From: Eremomyces bilateralis CBS 781.70 | Taxonomy: Eukaryota | Assembly: GCA_010015585.1 (NCBI GenBank) | Contig: ML975155.1 | Strand: one strand, 5' to 3' | DNA: 64,000 nt | Shown: one piece after another, positions 1 to 11,861 of the stretch | How positions within the stretch are numbered: the first letter of the stretch is position 1 | Layout: the number at the start of each line of letters is the position of its first letter | Program-made: the position numbers and the translations under genes | The notes under the pieces: model-generated | The model's input: the letters and a program-made list of their open reading frames with translations, nothing else | Database searches by the model: none | What the model was told of the DNA's origin: nothing

Positions 1-3000
1 CTTGAAGCTGGATCTGCCATACCTCGGATCCCTCACTCGTGGTGTGCCGGACTATACTAGCCTTCTCCAATGCGCTGGCCAACTCTTCTCGCTCGGCTAT
101 CCAGTGGACCTGGTTGCAGTCAACAAGGATCAGTACCTTTCTGATGGTGCTGTGGTCCAAGCAGACACCGGCAAGAAGCAGACCGACTTGCCAACCTACT
201 CCTGGGACCACAACCGCTACTGGTGCGAAACTCGCTTCACCAAGGGACATCGCCTCCGACCATACCGCCATACCATCCTGGGTAGCCCCATCACCGGGTC
301 CATTGATAACCGCCCTCGCTGGAGGAACTTCCTTCGCCCTGGCGAGATCCCGTGGCTCAATGAGCACGTTGTTGATGGCAAGATCATCTTCCCTGGTGCT
401 GGCTACATCAGCATGGCCATCGAAGGTGCCCTTCGGTTGAAAGGCGGTGTTGAGAGCGTGAAGGCTATCCGCATGAAGGACATTATGGTCAAGTCTGCCC
501 TAATCGTTAGCACTGCTGACATGGGTACCGAAGTCCTCCTTGAGATGAAGCCGGTCACTACGTCTGCGAAGAGTCGATCTGCTGAATGGTACGAATTCGG
601 TGTCTATTCCTATGATGAGAATGAGCGCTGCTCTGAGCACTGCCATGGTCTCATTGCCGTTGATAAGGGCGCCGCCGCTCCAATTGCGCCGATCAAGAAT
701 TATCCGGCGCTTGACGCTTTGCGTCTCGAGAGCAACCGCAGCCAGATGCCAAGTTCCTTCTATGCTCATTTGAATGACCTCGGATTGCAGTATGGTGAGA
801 ACTTCCGTCTTGTCTCCGGCAATGTTGAGAGCGGCCCTGGATACGCTTATGGGCCCATCACCTACGATCCAACCGCTGTCCTCTCAGCAGAGGAGTTCGA
901 CAAGACTGTTTTGCATCCATCGCTCCTCGATTCCACTTTCCACGTGATCTTTAGTGCGATCGAGAGCCGTTTGGGACGTGCTTTGGATGAGGCATACGTT
1001 CCGTCCTTCATCCGCAGCCTTGACATTTCTGGCTCCTTCGTCGACTCTGTCAGCGACCGCAGCACACAGGAGTTCAATATAGTCTCCTTCACTGAGCTGC
1101 CGACCCACCGCGTCGCCGTCAGCGACCTGGTTCTGACCCAGGGCGACCATCTCGCCCTTGAAATGCAAGGCCTTGAGGTCACTGCTTTGGGCACTGGTGT
1201 CAACGATGGCCAGGAGGGCCGCTCGCTGTTCTTCCGCCAACGCTGGCAGCCGTCCTTCGACTCACTCACCTCGTCTATAAACACTCCTTCTTTGCGATCT
1301 CTTGCCAGCGTCGTGGATGTTTTCGTGCACCAGCACCCTGACACTCGCATCTTGACCTTCTCCGCCAACTCCGAGCGCGTCACCGAAGTCCTCAAGTACC
1401 TTGGCACTGCTGCGCATGAGAGGCGACGATTCAAGTGCCTTGACATCGCTCAGTCATCTGCCAACGGTGATGCTGCGAAGTACGAAGAGATCAAAAACAA
1501 GAGCGGCGGCCTAGTTGATATCCGTGAGCCGAATACTGAAGAGCTTTACGACCTCGTCATTATCAGCGACGGGTCTGGTGTTGACCCGCTCCCGCATATG
1601 AAAGATAACGCTGTCGTCATCTACGATGGCGCCAACTTGCCGACCAACCCTGACCTCGAACAAGTCTTCTATAAGGACGGAATCCTTTCCGCTTACAGGC
1701 GCCCTCGCACTGCCGTGGCTCCTGGAGACTTGACTGTCATTGTGTCGTCCCTTCTCAGCAAGCGCGTTAGCTCGATCATCTCCGCCATAAAGACTAGCGC
1801 TCCAGCATCTGTCAACACCATGACCTTCGCTGAACTGTCCAAGAGCTCTCAGCCAATCACTAAGGATGCCATTGTCCTCTCCAGCTTCGATGAGGGCATT
1901 GACGACGCTGATACATTCGCTGGAATCAAGAAACTCCTGGGTGAGGTTCAGAAAAACGTCGTCTGGGTCACCGAAGGTGCGGTTATGGAGTCCTCCAATC
2001 CCGCTCACGCTATGGTCATCGGGCTTGCTCGAACCGCCCGAAGCGAAAATGATCAGCTGCGCTTGGTCACGCTTGACCTGCCCGTGGACCACCCTGCCAA
2101 CCGCATCGTCAGCCGCGTCTTCGAGGTTCTTGATACCAACTTGGATGAAGATGAACTTTGCGAACGCAATGACTGCCTCTACATCCCTCGTGTTGAGGCC
2201 GACGATAGCTTGAACAGCAAACTCCGCCACGGCTTCGGCAAGGAACCTCGCCTCCAGCAGCTTGGATCTGCTCCTCTTGCCCTCAAATTCGAGAAGGCTG
2301 GTCTCCTTGAGACTCTTCACTTCGCTGAGGATGAGCAGATCGTCGACAATGACCTTGGCCAAGATGAGCTGGAGATTGAAGTCCGCGCTGCGCCTGTTAA
2401 CTTCCGTGATGTTGCTGCTGCCACTGGAAGCATTGAAGACAACAAGCTTGGTGACGAATGCGCTGGAGTGGTCCTACGCATCGGCTCAGCTGTCAGCAAG
2501 GAGCAATTCCAGGTCGGCGATCGTGTCATTGCTCTCCGACCTGGTCAGGGTGCGCACAAGACTATTGTCCGCAATCCAGCTAGCTTGTGCCATAAGTTGA
2601 CCGGACCGACCACCTTCGCGACTGTCTCTACCATGCCACTCATCCTCTGCACGGCGTACTACTCCCTCCTTGAAGTTGGCCGCCTCGGCGCAGGTGACAC
2701 AGTCCTCATCCACTCTGCCGCTGGCGGAGTTGGACAGATGGCTATCCAACTTGCTCGCCGCCAAGGCGCTCGCGTCCTTGCTACTTGCAGCACAAAGGCG
2801 AAGCGTGACCTTCTTCGCAACAAGCTCGGTGTTCCGGATGATCAGATCTTCTCATCCACCGACGACTCCTTCGTGGCTGGTGTCCTGAAGGCAACCAACG
2901 GCCAAGGTGTTGATGTTGTTCTCAACAGCTTGTCTGGTCCTCTACTCCAAGCCACTTGGGAGTGCATGAATGCTTTCGGACGATTTGTTGAGATCGGCAA

Positions 3001-6000
3001 CAAAGACATCTCTCAGAATTCCAAGATCAGCATGGATCCCTTCCGCCGAAGCGTTACCTTCTCTTCCGTCGACCTGAAGACTATGTATGAGTGCAACAAG
3101 TCCCTTCTGTCTCGTATTTTCAATCAATGCTGCAAATTGGTCAATAATGGCGAGATTGTCCCGCCAGAGAGCATCTACGAGTTCTCATATGGTGAGGCCG
3201 AAAAGGCTTTCCGGATGGTACTAACTCGCACCCACCCCGGCAAGGCTGTCCTTGTCCCCAGCAAGGACGACATGGTCATGGTTACGCCTACGAAGTTCCG
3301 TGCCCGTCAGCTCTTTTCCACTGAGAAGACCTACCTACTTGTCGGCGGCCTTGGTGGCCTGGGCCGAACACTGGCTGAATGGATGATCCGAAAGGGTGCA
3401 ACAAAAATTGCATTCCTCTCCCGGTCTGGAACCAACAAATCTGAAGCCAAGCAAACCGTCGACTGGCTCCTGTCTAGAAACGTCAGTGTTTCCGTCCATA
3501 AGGGAGATGTCAGCATTCTTGCCGACGTTGAGGAATGCATCAAGGCTATTGGTCCTTCCTTGGCTGGTATCTTCCAGGCTGCAATGGTCCTCCAAGACGC
3601 ACCTTTGGAGAGCATGACCTACAACCAGTGGACTACCTGCACCAAGCCCAAATGCCTCGGAACGTACTATCTGCACCGCGCCACGCTGAAGTTGAACTTA
3701 GATTTCTTCGTCTGCTTCTCGTCTGTCGCCAACCCGCTTGGAAGCAAGGCGCAAGCAAATTATGCGGCTGCTAACCACTACCTCGACTCATTAATGCGCC
3801 TGCGTCGTGAGATGGGTCTTGTCGGCACCTCTATGAACGTCGGTGCAATCACTGGCATCGGTGTCATTGCCCACGATGTTGCCCTTCAAAAGGTTATGGA
3901 GCGTCTCGGAATGGATCTTGTCAACGAAGAGGAACTCCTCTACCAGATCGAGACTGCGGTCACCTCCGACTGCTCCAAAGCCGATACTCGCGGCACTGAC
4001 CAGCACACCCTGATCACAGGCATCAACCTCAAGCGCAATGATGTTTACTGGGCCACCAAGCCGTTGCTTCGCAACCTTTATGCAAACCATGACTTTGTCG
4101 CTCGTGACACGGGCGGTGACGGTAAGAACTTGACTGCAATGCTTGCAGCAGCGAAGACTATCGAGGAGAAGACTCCAATCCTCCTCGAGGCCTTCATTGA
4201 GAAGATTGCGGCAGTCCTTGCTGTGCCCGTTGACAACATAATGGCCACCAACCCGCTCTCCAGCTACGGTCTTGACTCAATCGTTGCGGTTGAATTCAGG
4301 AAGTGGTTCAGGAAGGTCATTGACGTCGACGTTGCTCTCTTCGACGTTCTTGGTGCCAAATCTATCCAGGTTTTGGTGCAGAAGGCTGCCAGTCTGATCT
4401 CCACCGCACCGGCACCCGGAGCCGAGAAGGCCGAAAAGAAGGAGAAAGCGGCTGAAGTCAAGACTGAGAGCATTGATGCTGCCATCATCCCGAAGGCTGA
4501 TCTTTCCAAGCCGATTCCGATGTCAACCTTCCAGTCTCGCCTGTGGTTCGTCCACAATTTCCTGGAGGACAAATCGTTCTTGAACTTGCCATTGATTATG
4601 CACATCAAGGGCAAGCCGAACATGGAAATCTTCCTCCAGGCCTTCCAGGAGATGGTTCGCCGCAACCCCATCCTGACCACTGCGCACTTCGAAGGTGACG
4701 AATTTGCCGAGCAGAGACCCAACCCCGACTTCGAGACCGAAATCAGCATGCGTGACCTCTCTCAAGACCCCGATCCAAAGGGAGCTCTGGAGGCGTTCAT
4801 TGCCTACAATCGCCGCATCGAGTTGAACATCGAAGAGGGTGAGGTTTTCTCCGCTGCCATGGCCAAACTGGGTGAGGACCAGTATGTCATGGTCAACATG
4901 TTCCATCACATCGCTGTTGATCGTGGTTCCTCCAAGCCATGGATGGACCGCTTCGCTGTCATGTACGATGCCATGCGAACCGGCAAGGATATCGCTTCCC
5001 TCGCCACTCCGAGCGTCTCGTATGCCGATTTCACTGTTTGGCATAATGAGCTCTTGGCTTCCCCTGCGATTCAAGAGCATGTGGACTTCTGGAAGAACTC
5101 CCTCAAGGGAGCACCCGACGCTGTCAAGTTACTACCATTCTCGAAGGTCCCTGAGCGCCCGCAACGCGCCATTCCTCAGCGCGCTGTGCACAGGGCTGTC
5201 CTTGGAGCCCAGCTTCTCAACCGCATGAAGCGCATCTGCGCCCAGTCGAATGCCACGCCGTTCCACTTCCTCATGGCCGCCTTCCGTGCCTTCCTCTTCC
5301 GCTACACCGAGGATAAGGACATTGTCATGCTCATGATTGATGGCAACCGACCTCATCCAGATCTCGACGAGCTCACGGGGTTCTTCGTGAACATGATTCC
5401 TCTCCGCCACCAGGATGACTGCTCCGAAATGGCCTTCGATGAGCTCTTGGCACTTTCCTCCGAACGCACGCTCACTGCCATGCAACACACTAGTGTTCCG
5501 TTCGATGCCATTGTTGATTTCATGGAAGTGCCGAAGAAGCCAGAGCACTTCCCTCTTGGACAAGTTGCCATTAACTACCAGGTCCATGGCGACTGGCCTC
5601 CGTACCACACCGAGGACTTTGATATCACCAAGATCGAATCCGATGATATCCCGACCGCTTGTGAGCTACAGCTGGAAGCATTGGAAGAGACCGACAAGGG
5701 ACTGAGCCTCCGTATGGAGTACTCCACTCCTCTCTATAGAGATGCGGACATGGAACGATTCCTTGACAACTTCTTGACCTTCTTGAGCGCCTCCATTCGC
5801 GACCACCGTCAACCCATCGCGGAGATCCCTTTGTGCGGTGATAAAGAGCTGACGCTTCTGAAGGAGAAGTTTTGGAACCAGGAGTATGTCCCAAATTACT
5901 GGGGAGACGTCTCGATCCTGGAGCGCATCCACAACTTTGCCGAAGCTACTCCTCACAAGACAGCAGTTAAGTCTTCGAACGGAGACTCCGTCACCTATGC

Positions 6001-9000
6001 ACAGTTGGCTCAAAGAGCGGGCTCACTGGCAAAGCACTTGCGTGATAACGGCGCGACCGATCAGGATGTGATCGGTGTCCTTGCCGTTCCAGGCGTGGAA
6101 CAGATCATTGGCATCGTCGCTGCATTGATCAACGGCGGCGCGTATCTGCCCATGGACCCTGAATTTGCGGTCGACCGACTTGCCTTCATGGCCAGCGATG
6201 CCAACACCCGCTTCATACTGACCAGCGGCGAACTTAGCAAGGAAGTCTCCAAGATCGCAGAGAAGTGCACCAACTCTCCCCAGTACATTCGCGTTGCAGA
6301 TGCCTGCTCTGGAGCGGAGGTCCTTGCCTACAACAAGACACCGGATTCGAAGAATCCTTTCTACATGATCTATACTTCGGTTGGTTAATCTCAATTCGCC
6401 TCGAACAAGGACTGACCTTGAACAGGGGAGTACTGGAAAGCCCAAGGGTGTGGTGCTTACTCATGGTGGCACCCAAGGCATGCTGAGCAATCTGAATCAT
6501 GATTTTGGATTCTGTGCCAGTGACAAGATGCTGCACCAGTCTTCAATGTGCTTTGATCTCTCGGTCACCCAGATCTTCACTGGTCTCACCGCAGGTGGAA
6601 CGCTTTGCGTTGCCTCCCGCGATACTCGCAGAGATCCCACATCCCTTGCCGACTTCATCAATGTCGAAGCCTTGACCTTCACTTACTTCACGCCCACTCA
6701 CTTCACTTTGCTGCTCGAGCAGAATGCGGAAGCTCTCAAGGCCAACAAGGCCTACCGCATTGCGTTCTTCGCCGGTGAGCGCTTCCCCGTCCGTGTTGCG
6801 AAGGCCTTCTACGACCTTGGAACTCCAGCGACCGCGTACAACTTGTGGGCTCCATCGGAGACCACTGTCCAGAACACCAAGCACACCATTTTGTACCCCA
6901 AGGAGGGCGATGTTGATGTCCCGATCGGCTTCCCTCTCGCCAATAACCACCTGTACCTCTGCGACAACCGCATGCAGCCTCTCCCGTTCGGTTTCATCGG
7001 AGAAATCTGTGTCGGTGGGGTCCAGACCGGTGCCGGCTACCTCAATCGGCCTGAGAAAACCGCTGAGACCTTCGTTCTTGATCCCTTTGCTACCGACGAT
7101 GACATTGCCCAGGGATGGACTCACGTCTTCCGGACCGGTGACCGTGGCCGGTACCGACCTGATGCTCAACTTGAGTTCCATGGCCGTCTTGCCGGTGACA
7201 AGCAGATCAAGCTTCGAGGATTCCGCATTGATCTAGGCGAGGTCGAGCAACGCCTCTACAGCGAGTCCCAAAAAAACAGTGTGAACGGTCTTGCTGATGT
7301 CGCTGTCGTTGCCCGCAACTTCAGTGCCGAGTCTGAGGATTCTGCCATGGATGAGCGCCAGCTCGTGGCATACCTGATCGCCAAGTCTCCCGTGGCTGCT
7401 AGCCAGCGAAAGGCCTACGTCACCAAGATCCACGCGGCCATCGCTGAGAACCTCAACTCCTACATGCTGCCCAATGGCTACGTGTTCTTGGACAATATGC
7501 CTCAGCTACCTTCCGCCAAGGTCGATCGTCAGAACCTCCTCCAGCGTGACCTTGATTTGGTCTTCCCTTCCAGCATTCAGAGCGCCGTCGAGCAAGCTGT
7601 TGAAGAGGAAGAGGAGAAGACTGACGAGGTTGAGAACAAGCTCGAAGACGACGTCCTGAAGCTCTTTAGGGACGTCCTCGGCGCTGGACGCACCATCGAG
7701 CTTAATGATAACTTCTTCGAGCGCGGTGGTAACTCCATCCTCATGGTCCGTCTTCAGTCTAAGCTGAAGAGGACATATAAGATCGCCCCTCCACTACCAG
7801 AGATGGTCAAGAAGCCTTTCCCTTCCGCTCTGGTCGAGTTCCTTCGTAACAAACTCAGCGGCGGCAATGCTAAAACCTCCTCCAGCATGATCAGCTGGAG
7901 CAAGGAGGCCATGCTGCCATTCGATGGTCGTTACATCCCTCGCTATGGCACTCCAGCCGTTGATCGCTCTTCCATCTCTGGTGTTCTCTTGACTGGTGCC
8001 GAGTCATACATTGGTCTCCATCTGCTGGCTCAGCTCCTCGCTGAGAACCCCTCTGTCCACGTTCACGTCCTCGGTTCCGCTGCACAAATTACCATGGCCG
8101 ACCTTGAAGCCCAGTTCGTCAAGTATCAGCTGTTCTCCAAGGCCATCACCAAGGATGAGCTTGTCGACCGTGTCTCCGTGGTATCAGGCTATCTCGGACC
8201 GGATCATTTCGGCCTCAACAAGCAGGACTTCAAAAAGCTCGCTCGGAATATTCAGTCCATCTATCATCTCGGTGGCATGGTCTCACTTCTCCAAAGCTAC
8301 TCCAGCCTTCGTGAGCATAACGTCAAGCCCATCTTGGATCTCCTCGAGCTCGCCAGTCAGGGTGACTCCCTCACTGAGCTGGTGTACCTTTCCACATGGT
8401 CTGTCCTTCACCTTCAAGCCTGGAAGGGCAGCAAGCGCACCAGCGACTCCATCATCACCACAGAAGAGCCATCCATGCTCTTCACTCCTCCGGAGTCCGA
8501 GGAATACGGCTACTTCAAGACCCGATGGGTGGCTGAGAACCTGCTTCAACAAGCCGCCTCCCGGGGCTTCCCCGTCACCATCGCCCGCTCCTCCGCCGTC
8601 AGCGCTAGCACCACAACCAACGCCCCCGAGCCCGCCGACGGATTCATCTCCCGCATGATCCTCGACATGATCGACTCCGGTCTTGTCCCGGAGATGAAGG
8701 GCGCCGATGCCTCCGCTCCTCCCTCCGCCATCGACTTCGTCCCCGTCGACTACCTGGTGAGCACTCTGGTGACTCTCACCTCCGAGCAGAAACTGCGACC
8801 ACTCCCCGGCATGCCCGACATCCGCCACATCGGCAACGTCGCGCCCATGAAGCTTTCGGACCTCCCTGCCGTCGTTGACCACGTGCGGCCCAGGAAGGGA
8901 GGCGCGAAGCTTGTGCCGCTCGAGCAGTGGCTGACCGCCATGGAGAATCAGGGAAGCGGTGGCGATGCGGATGGCGAGACGATCAAATACACCGTGCTGA

Positions 9001-9149
9001 GCGAGTTCTTGAGGAATGGGCATGTGATGTTCGCGTTGGATCAGAGCAAAACAGAGAGGGCTTTGAGGGATGTGCCCGAGGATGTGCAATGCCCGCCGGT
9101 TAATGCGGCATTCTTGAAGGACATGTGGCTCAGGGCACATTCGGGCTGA
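1..9149 (+). CDS. Hybrid highly reducing PKS-NRPS, 5'-truncated by the window edge (post-AT linker, DH, pseudo-MT, ER, KR, ACP, C, A, T, R); one intron 6380-6425
   Basis: DH HVVDGKIIFP (~365); ER LIHSAAGGVG (~2705); KR GGLGGLG (~3344) and YAAAN (~3761); ACP GLDS (~4268); C HHIAVDRG (~4904). A3 motif YTS|GSTGKPKG is restored by removing a 46-nt GT..CTGAC..AG intron. Also RTGD and QIKLRGFRIDLGEVE, T GGNS (~7725), and an SDR-like R domain from ~7980. Confidence 0.97.
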
Positions 9150-9703
9150 GCGATGATGAAAACCAAATATTGGATACTCCCCCCACTAATGTTTTTCCTT
9201 TGTATGGGTTGGTTCGGCGGTAACTGATGGCGTTGGGGTTGACTTGGTGAATGGCCTGTCATGATTTCGGGCGCAATGGGTTGGGGAATGTGGCGCACTC
9301 CCTTTGGAATAAATTGTAATGCTTGTTGTTCTTTGAAATACGATTGCTCATCTTCATAAACACGGTTTCCAGTCCTTGGTTGTGAGGTCTGTATGTATCC
9401 TTCGACGCCACGACGCGTCGATTCATCACACGCGGTGCATGTCTGAGTCTGTTCCCTGTCCTTCCCTCTCTCAACTATCATGTTGCATGACTCGTGCAGC
9501 CCCTGAATTTCATTCTCACCACACTGTTACAAGCTTCACCTCTTCACATAAGGCTAAGTCAACTGTCCTAGCTATCGATATCAATTTCAGCGCTACGATT
9601 TAGGTGGCTACCGCCGCTGGAATTGCCACTGCATTCAATGATTGAAGCATGGGTAAAGTTCTCCTTAATACAACACCCTGCCTCTCATTCTGCCCCTGTG
9701 TGA

Positions 9704-10061
9704 CCCATTGATCCTTACACCACAGCGTGGAGATATCTCCGCGATCTCTTTGTAGCCAAGGGGGAGGTACATAAGGCAAAATCTATGTACACACGTGCTC
9801 TTGCTGGCTACCAGGTTCTTCTTAGGCCATCCTATGGTCAATGTCAGTGGCTTGAGGGTCGACTATTATCCCTTGATCTTCCGAAAGGTACTCTCTAATG
9901 ATTAGGATGGAATGATATCAACTAAATTTTTAACAGAAGAGTTCGCAGATGACATGAGCGGGACAGAGGAAGCGGAGGCGGCCGAGATGGTAGATAAGAA
10001 GGATGCAAAGAGAGGACGTCAGTCAGTTGTGAGAAGATTTATGCGGAAACTCGTAAGATGA
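9704..10061 (+). pseudogene. Relic 3' end of a TPR (kinesin-light-chain-type / fungal NLR-like) gene
   Basis: Frame reads ...LRDLFVAKGEVHKAKSMYTRALAGYQVLLRPSYGQC..., resembling the QGxxxEAExMYxRALxGYExxLGP repeat. A putative intron 9888-9936 leads to a short charged last exon ending TGA at 10059-10061. In-frame TGA at 9701 and no upstream exons seen. Confidence 0.6.
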
Positions 10062-10569
10062 AGGCAGTTGATAGTGATTAGATAAGAGACAACTACCCCA
10101 ATTTAGCAATTAATGCATATACTTACTTTTTCTCTCGTTAGGACTGTCATGTAATGTTCAGGATCGATAGGGCATAGAGGCTGGAACGATACGTATAGCT
10201 TACGCCCAGTCCTCCAAAGAGGCTGTGCTCTGAGAGTTTCTGAAGTTGGCGAGTTGCAAAAAACCAGACGCCAATTTCGCATTCCACTGTAAATAGCAGG
10301 GCGGCTTTGGATACACTCGACCATTGCATTCATGATATCACGCAGCACAAAGCCAGTTGTATGCTAGCAGTATACAACGTTGTTCGAGGGATGCTGCTAG
10401 GACCATAAAATACCGGTTTCTTTGTTAATATCATTACCAGTCCAAAGAACGCATAGAGTTGCGTCCTATATATATAAGCACAATGCCATGGAAGATCGTC
10501 TTTTGATCTGCTCAATGCACACAAGCTGCTAGTCTACTCTCTCAAGAGCCTGAAAATCTAAAAGAGACA

Positions 10570-11337
10570 ATGACAAATAGTAAACGTAAACCCTCTGGTA
10601 GCGACAAGGGAGAGCTGGATAAGGGTAAGAAGAGAGTTAAAAACACCAAAGCAGGCAAAGAGGACGTGGAAACTGGCGAATCGTTCCACCTGGCTCAGGA
10701 GTCTCAGGGGCCCTTTATAGTTCGCCAGAGACCTGCGCTCAGTGGTGTAGCCACCGAAATCCTGCAAGAGACCATGCGCCATGTTCGACAGCCTCAGATG
10801 GACCTGGTGATTCAACCTACACCACCGGGGTTTACCTTCAGGCTAGAGGATGATTACGGAAGCCCGACAGGCGTCCGCAATCGAAGAGCCTTGCACTGGA
10901 TAGACCCGTCAATCACGCAGACCTGGCCGTCGTATGATACCAGGTCTGCATCGCGACGACTAGCGGAAGCGGCTAACGACCTTGATTGAAGATACCCGCC
11001 CGAAGATACTTGGTTCGAGGAACGCGTTCGACCCTCAGTGGTTCCGCCGTTGCAAGGTCGGTATGGGGACAGGATCCACCTGCAAGATGTGTCATGGGAA
11101 TTGCTTCCCGAAGGACGCGTGTAGGTTTATGGCGGACTATCGGAAGAAACCGAGCACATAAAATATTAGCTACCCAAGGGGAGACGCGAAGTCCGGACAC
11201 TGGTGATTGTCGAGCCAGAGGAGTTGGATGATCCATACGAAACGTATGATATTGAAACCTACTGTAGAATCCGAGAAGCGCTCAACGAGGAGGTAGAGTA
11301 CCCGTTGGAGAACGCGATCACGGGATTTTGCCTGTGA
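10570..11337 (+). pseudogene. Probable pseudogene of an unknown protein
   Basis: ATG at 10570. The same frame stays protein-like past TGA 10987-10989 and two TAG codons for about 115 more codons (RYPPEDTWFEERVRP...EVRTLVIVEPEELDDPYETYDIETY...). Confidence 0.45.
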
Positions 11338-11861
11338 TGCAGAGAAGAGCGAGCTTGCGGTCGTACCAATACGCGTATAGATCACGATGGGGCCAACCGT
11401 CGCGAGTCAACAAGGATGACGAAGTGATTGAGCTCGGCGACGGTGACAACGGTTACAACGAAGACCTCATGGAGATAAAGGAATACTATAGGAGCAACAA
11501 TTTAGGTAAGAGAGGAAGTGATGTACGGCTTTCGAACAGGTAACCAAAACCCGAAAATAGTCACTAAGTAAGAAATAAAGCACACACTGTTTAGACTTTG
11601 AGATATTATGAACTATAGTGTTTGATGAAGAAGGTTGACCCAGTTGAGTTGGTTTGATAAACTGGGAGAGGTCAAGATCTGAGCGGCACGTGACCGCCTC
11701 CCGATGTAATTGAGGATCCGCATTTTCGATTCACGATGGAATTGGTGACTCCGAGATTTCTGGAGATATTTCTGCCAGCGCACTCCACTCTGGACCCCTT
11801 CATTGTCCTATCTTCCTTTCCCCTCCCTTCCCTTGACTTCCTCCGCTCCTTCTCGCAGTAG

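Noticed and set aside
6381..9149. Treating the NRPS half as a separate gene from ORF 2-6388
   Set aside because: A 46-nt canonical intron joins them in frame and restores the A3 motif.
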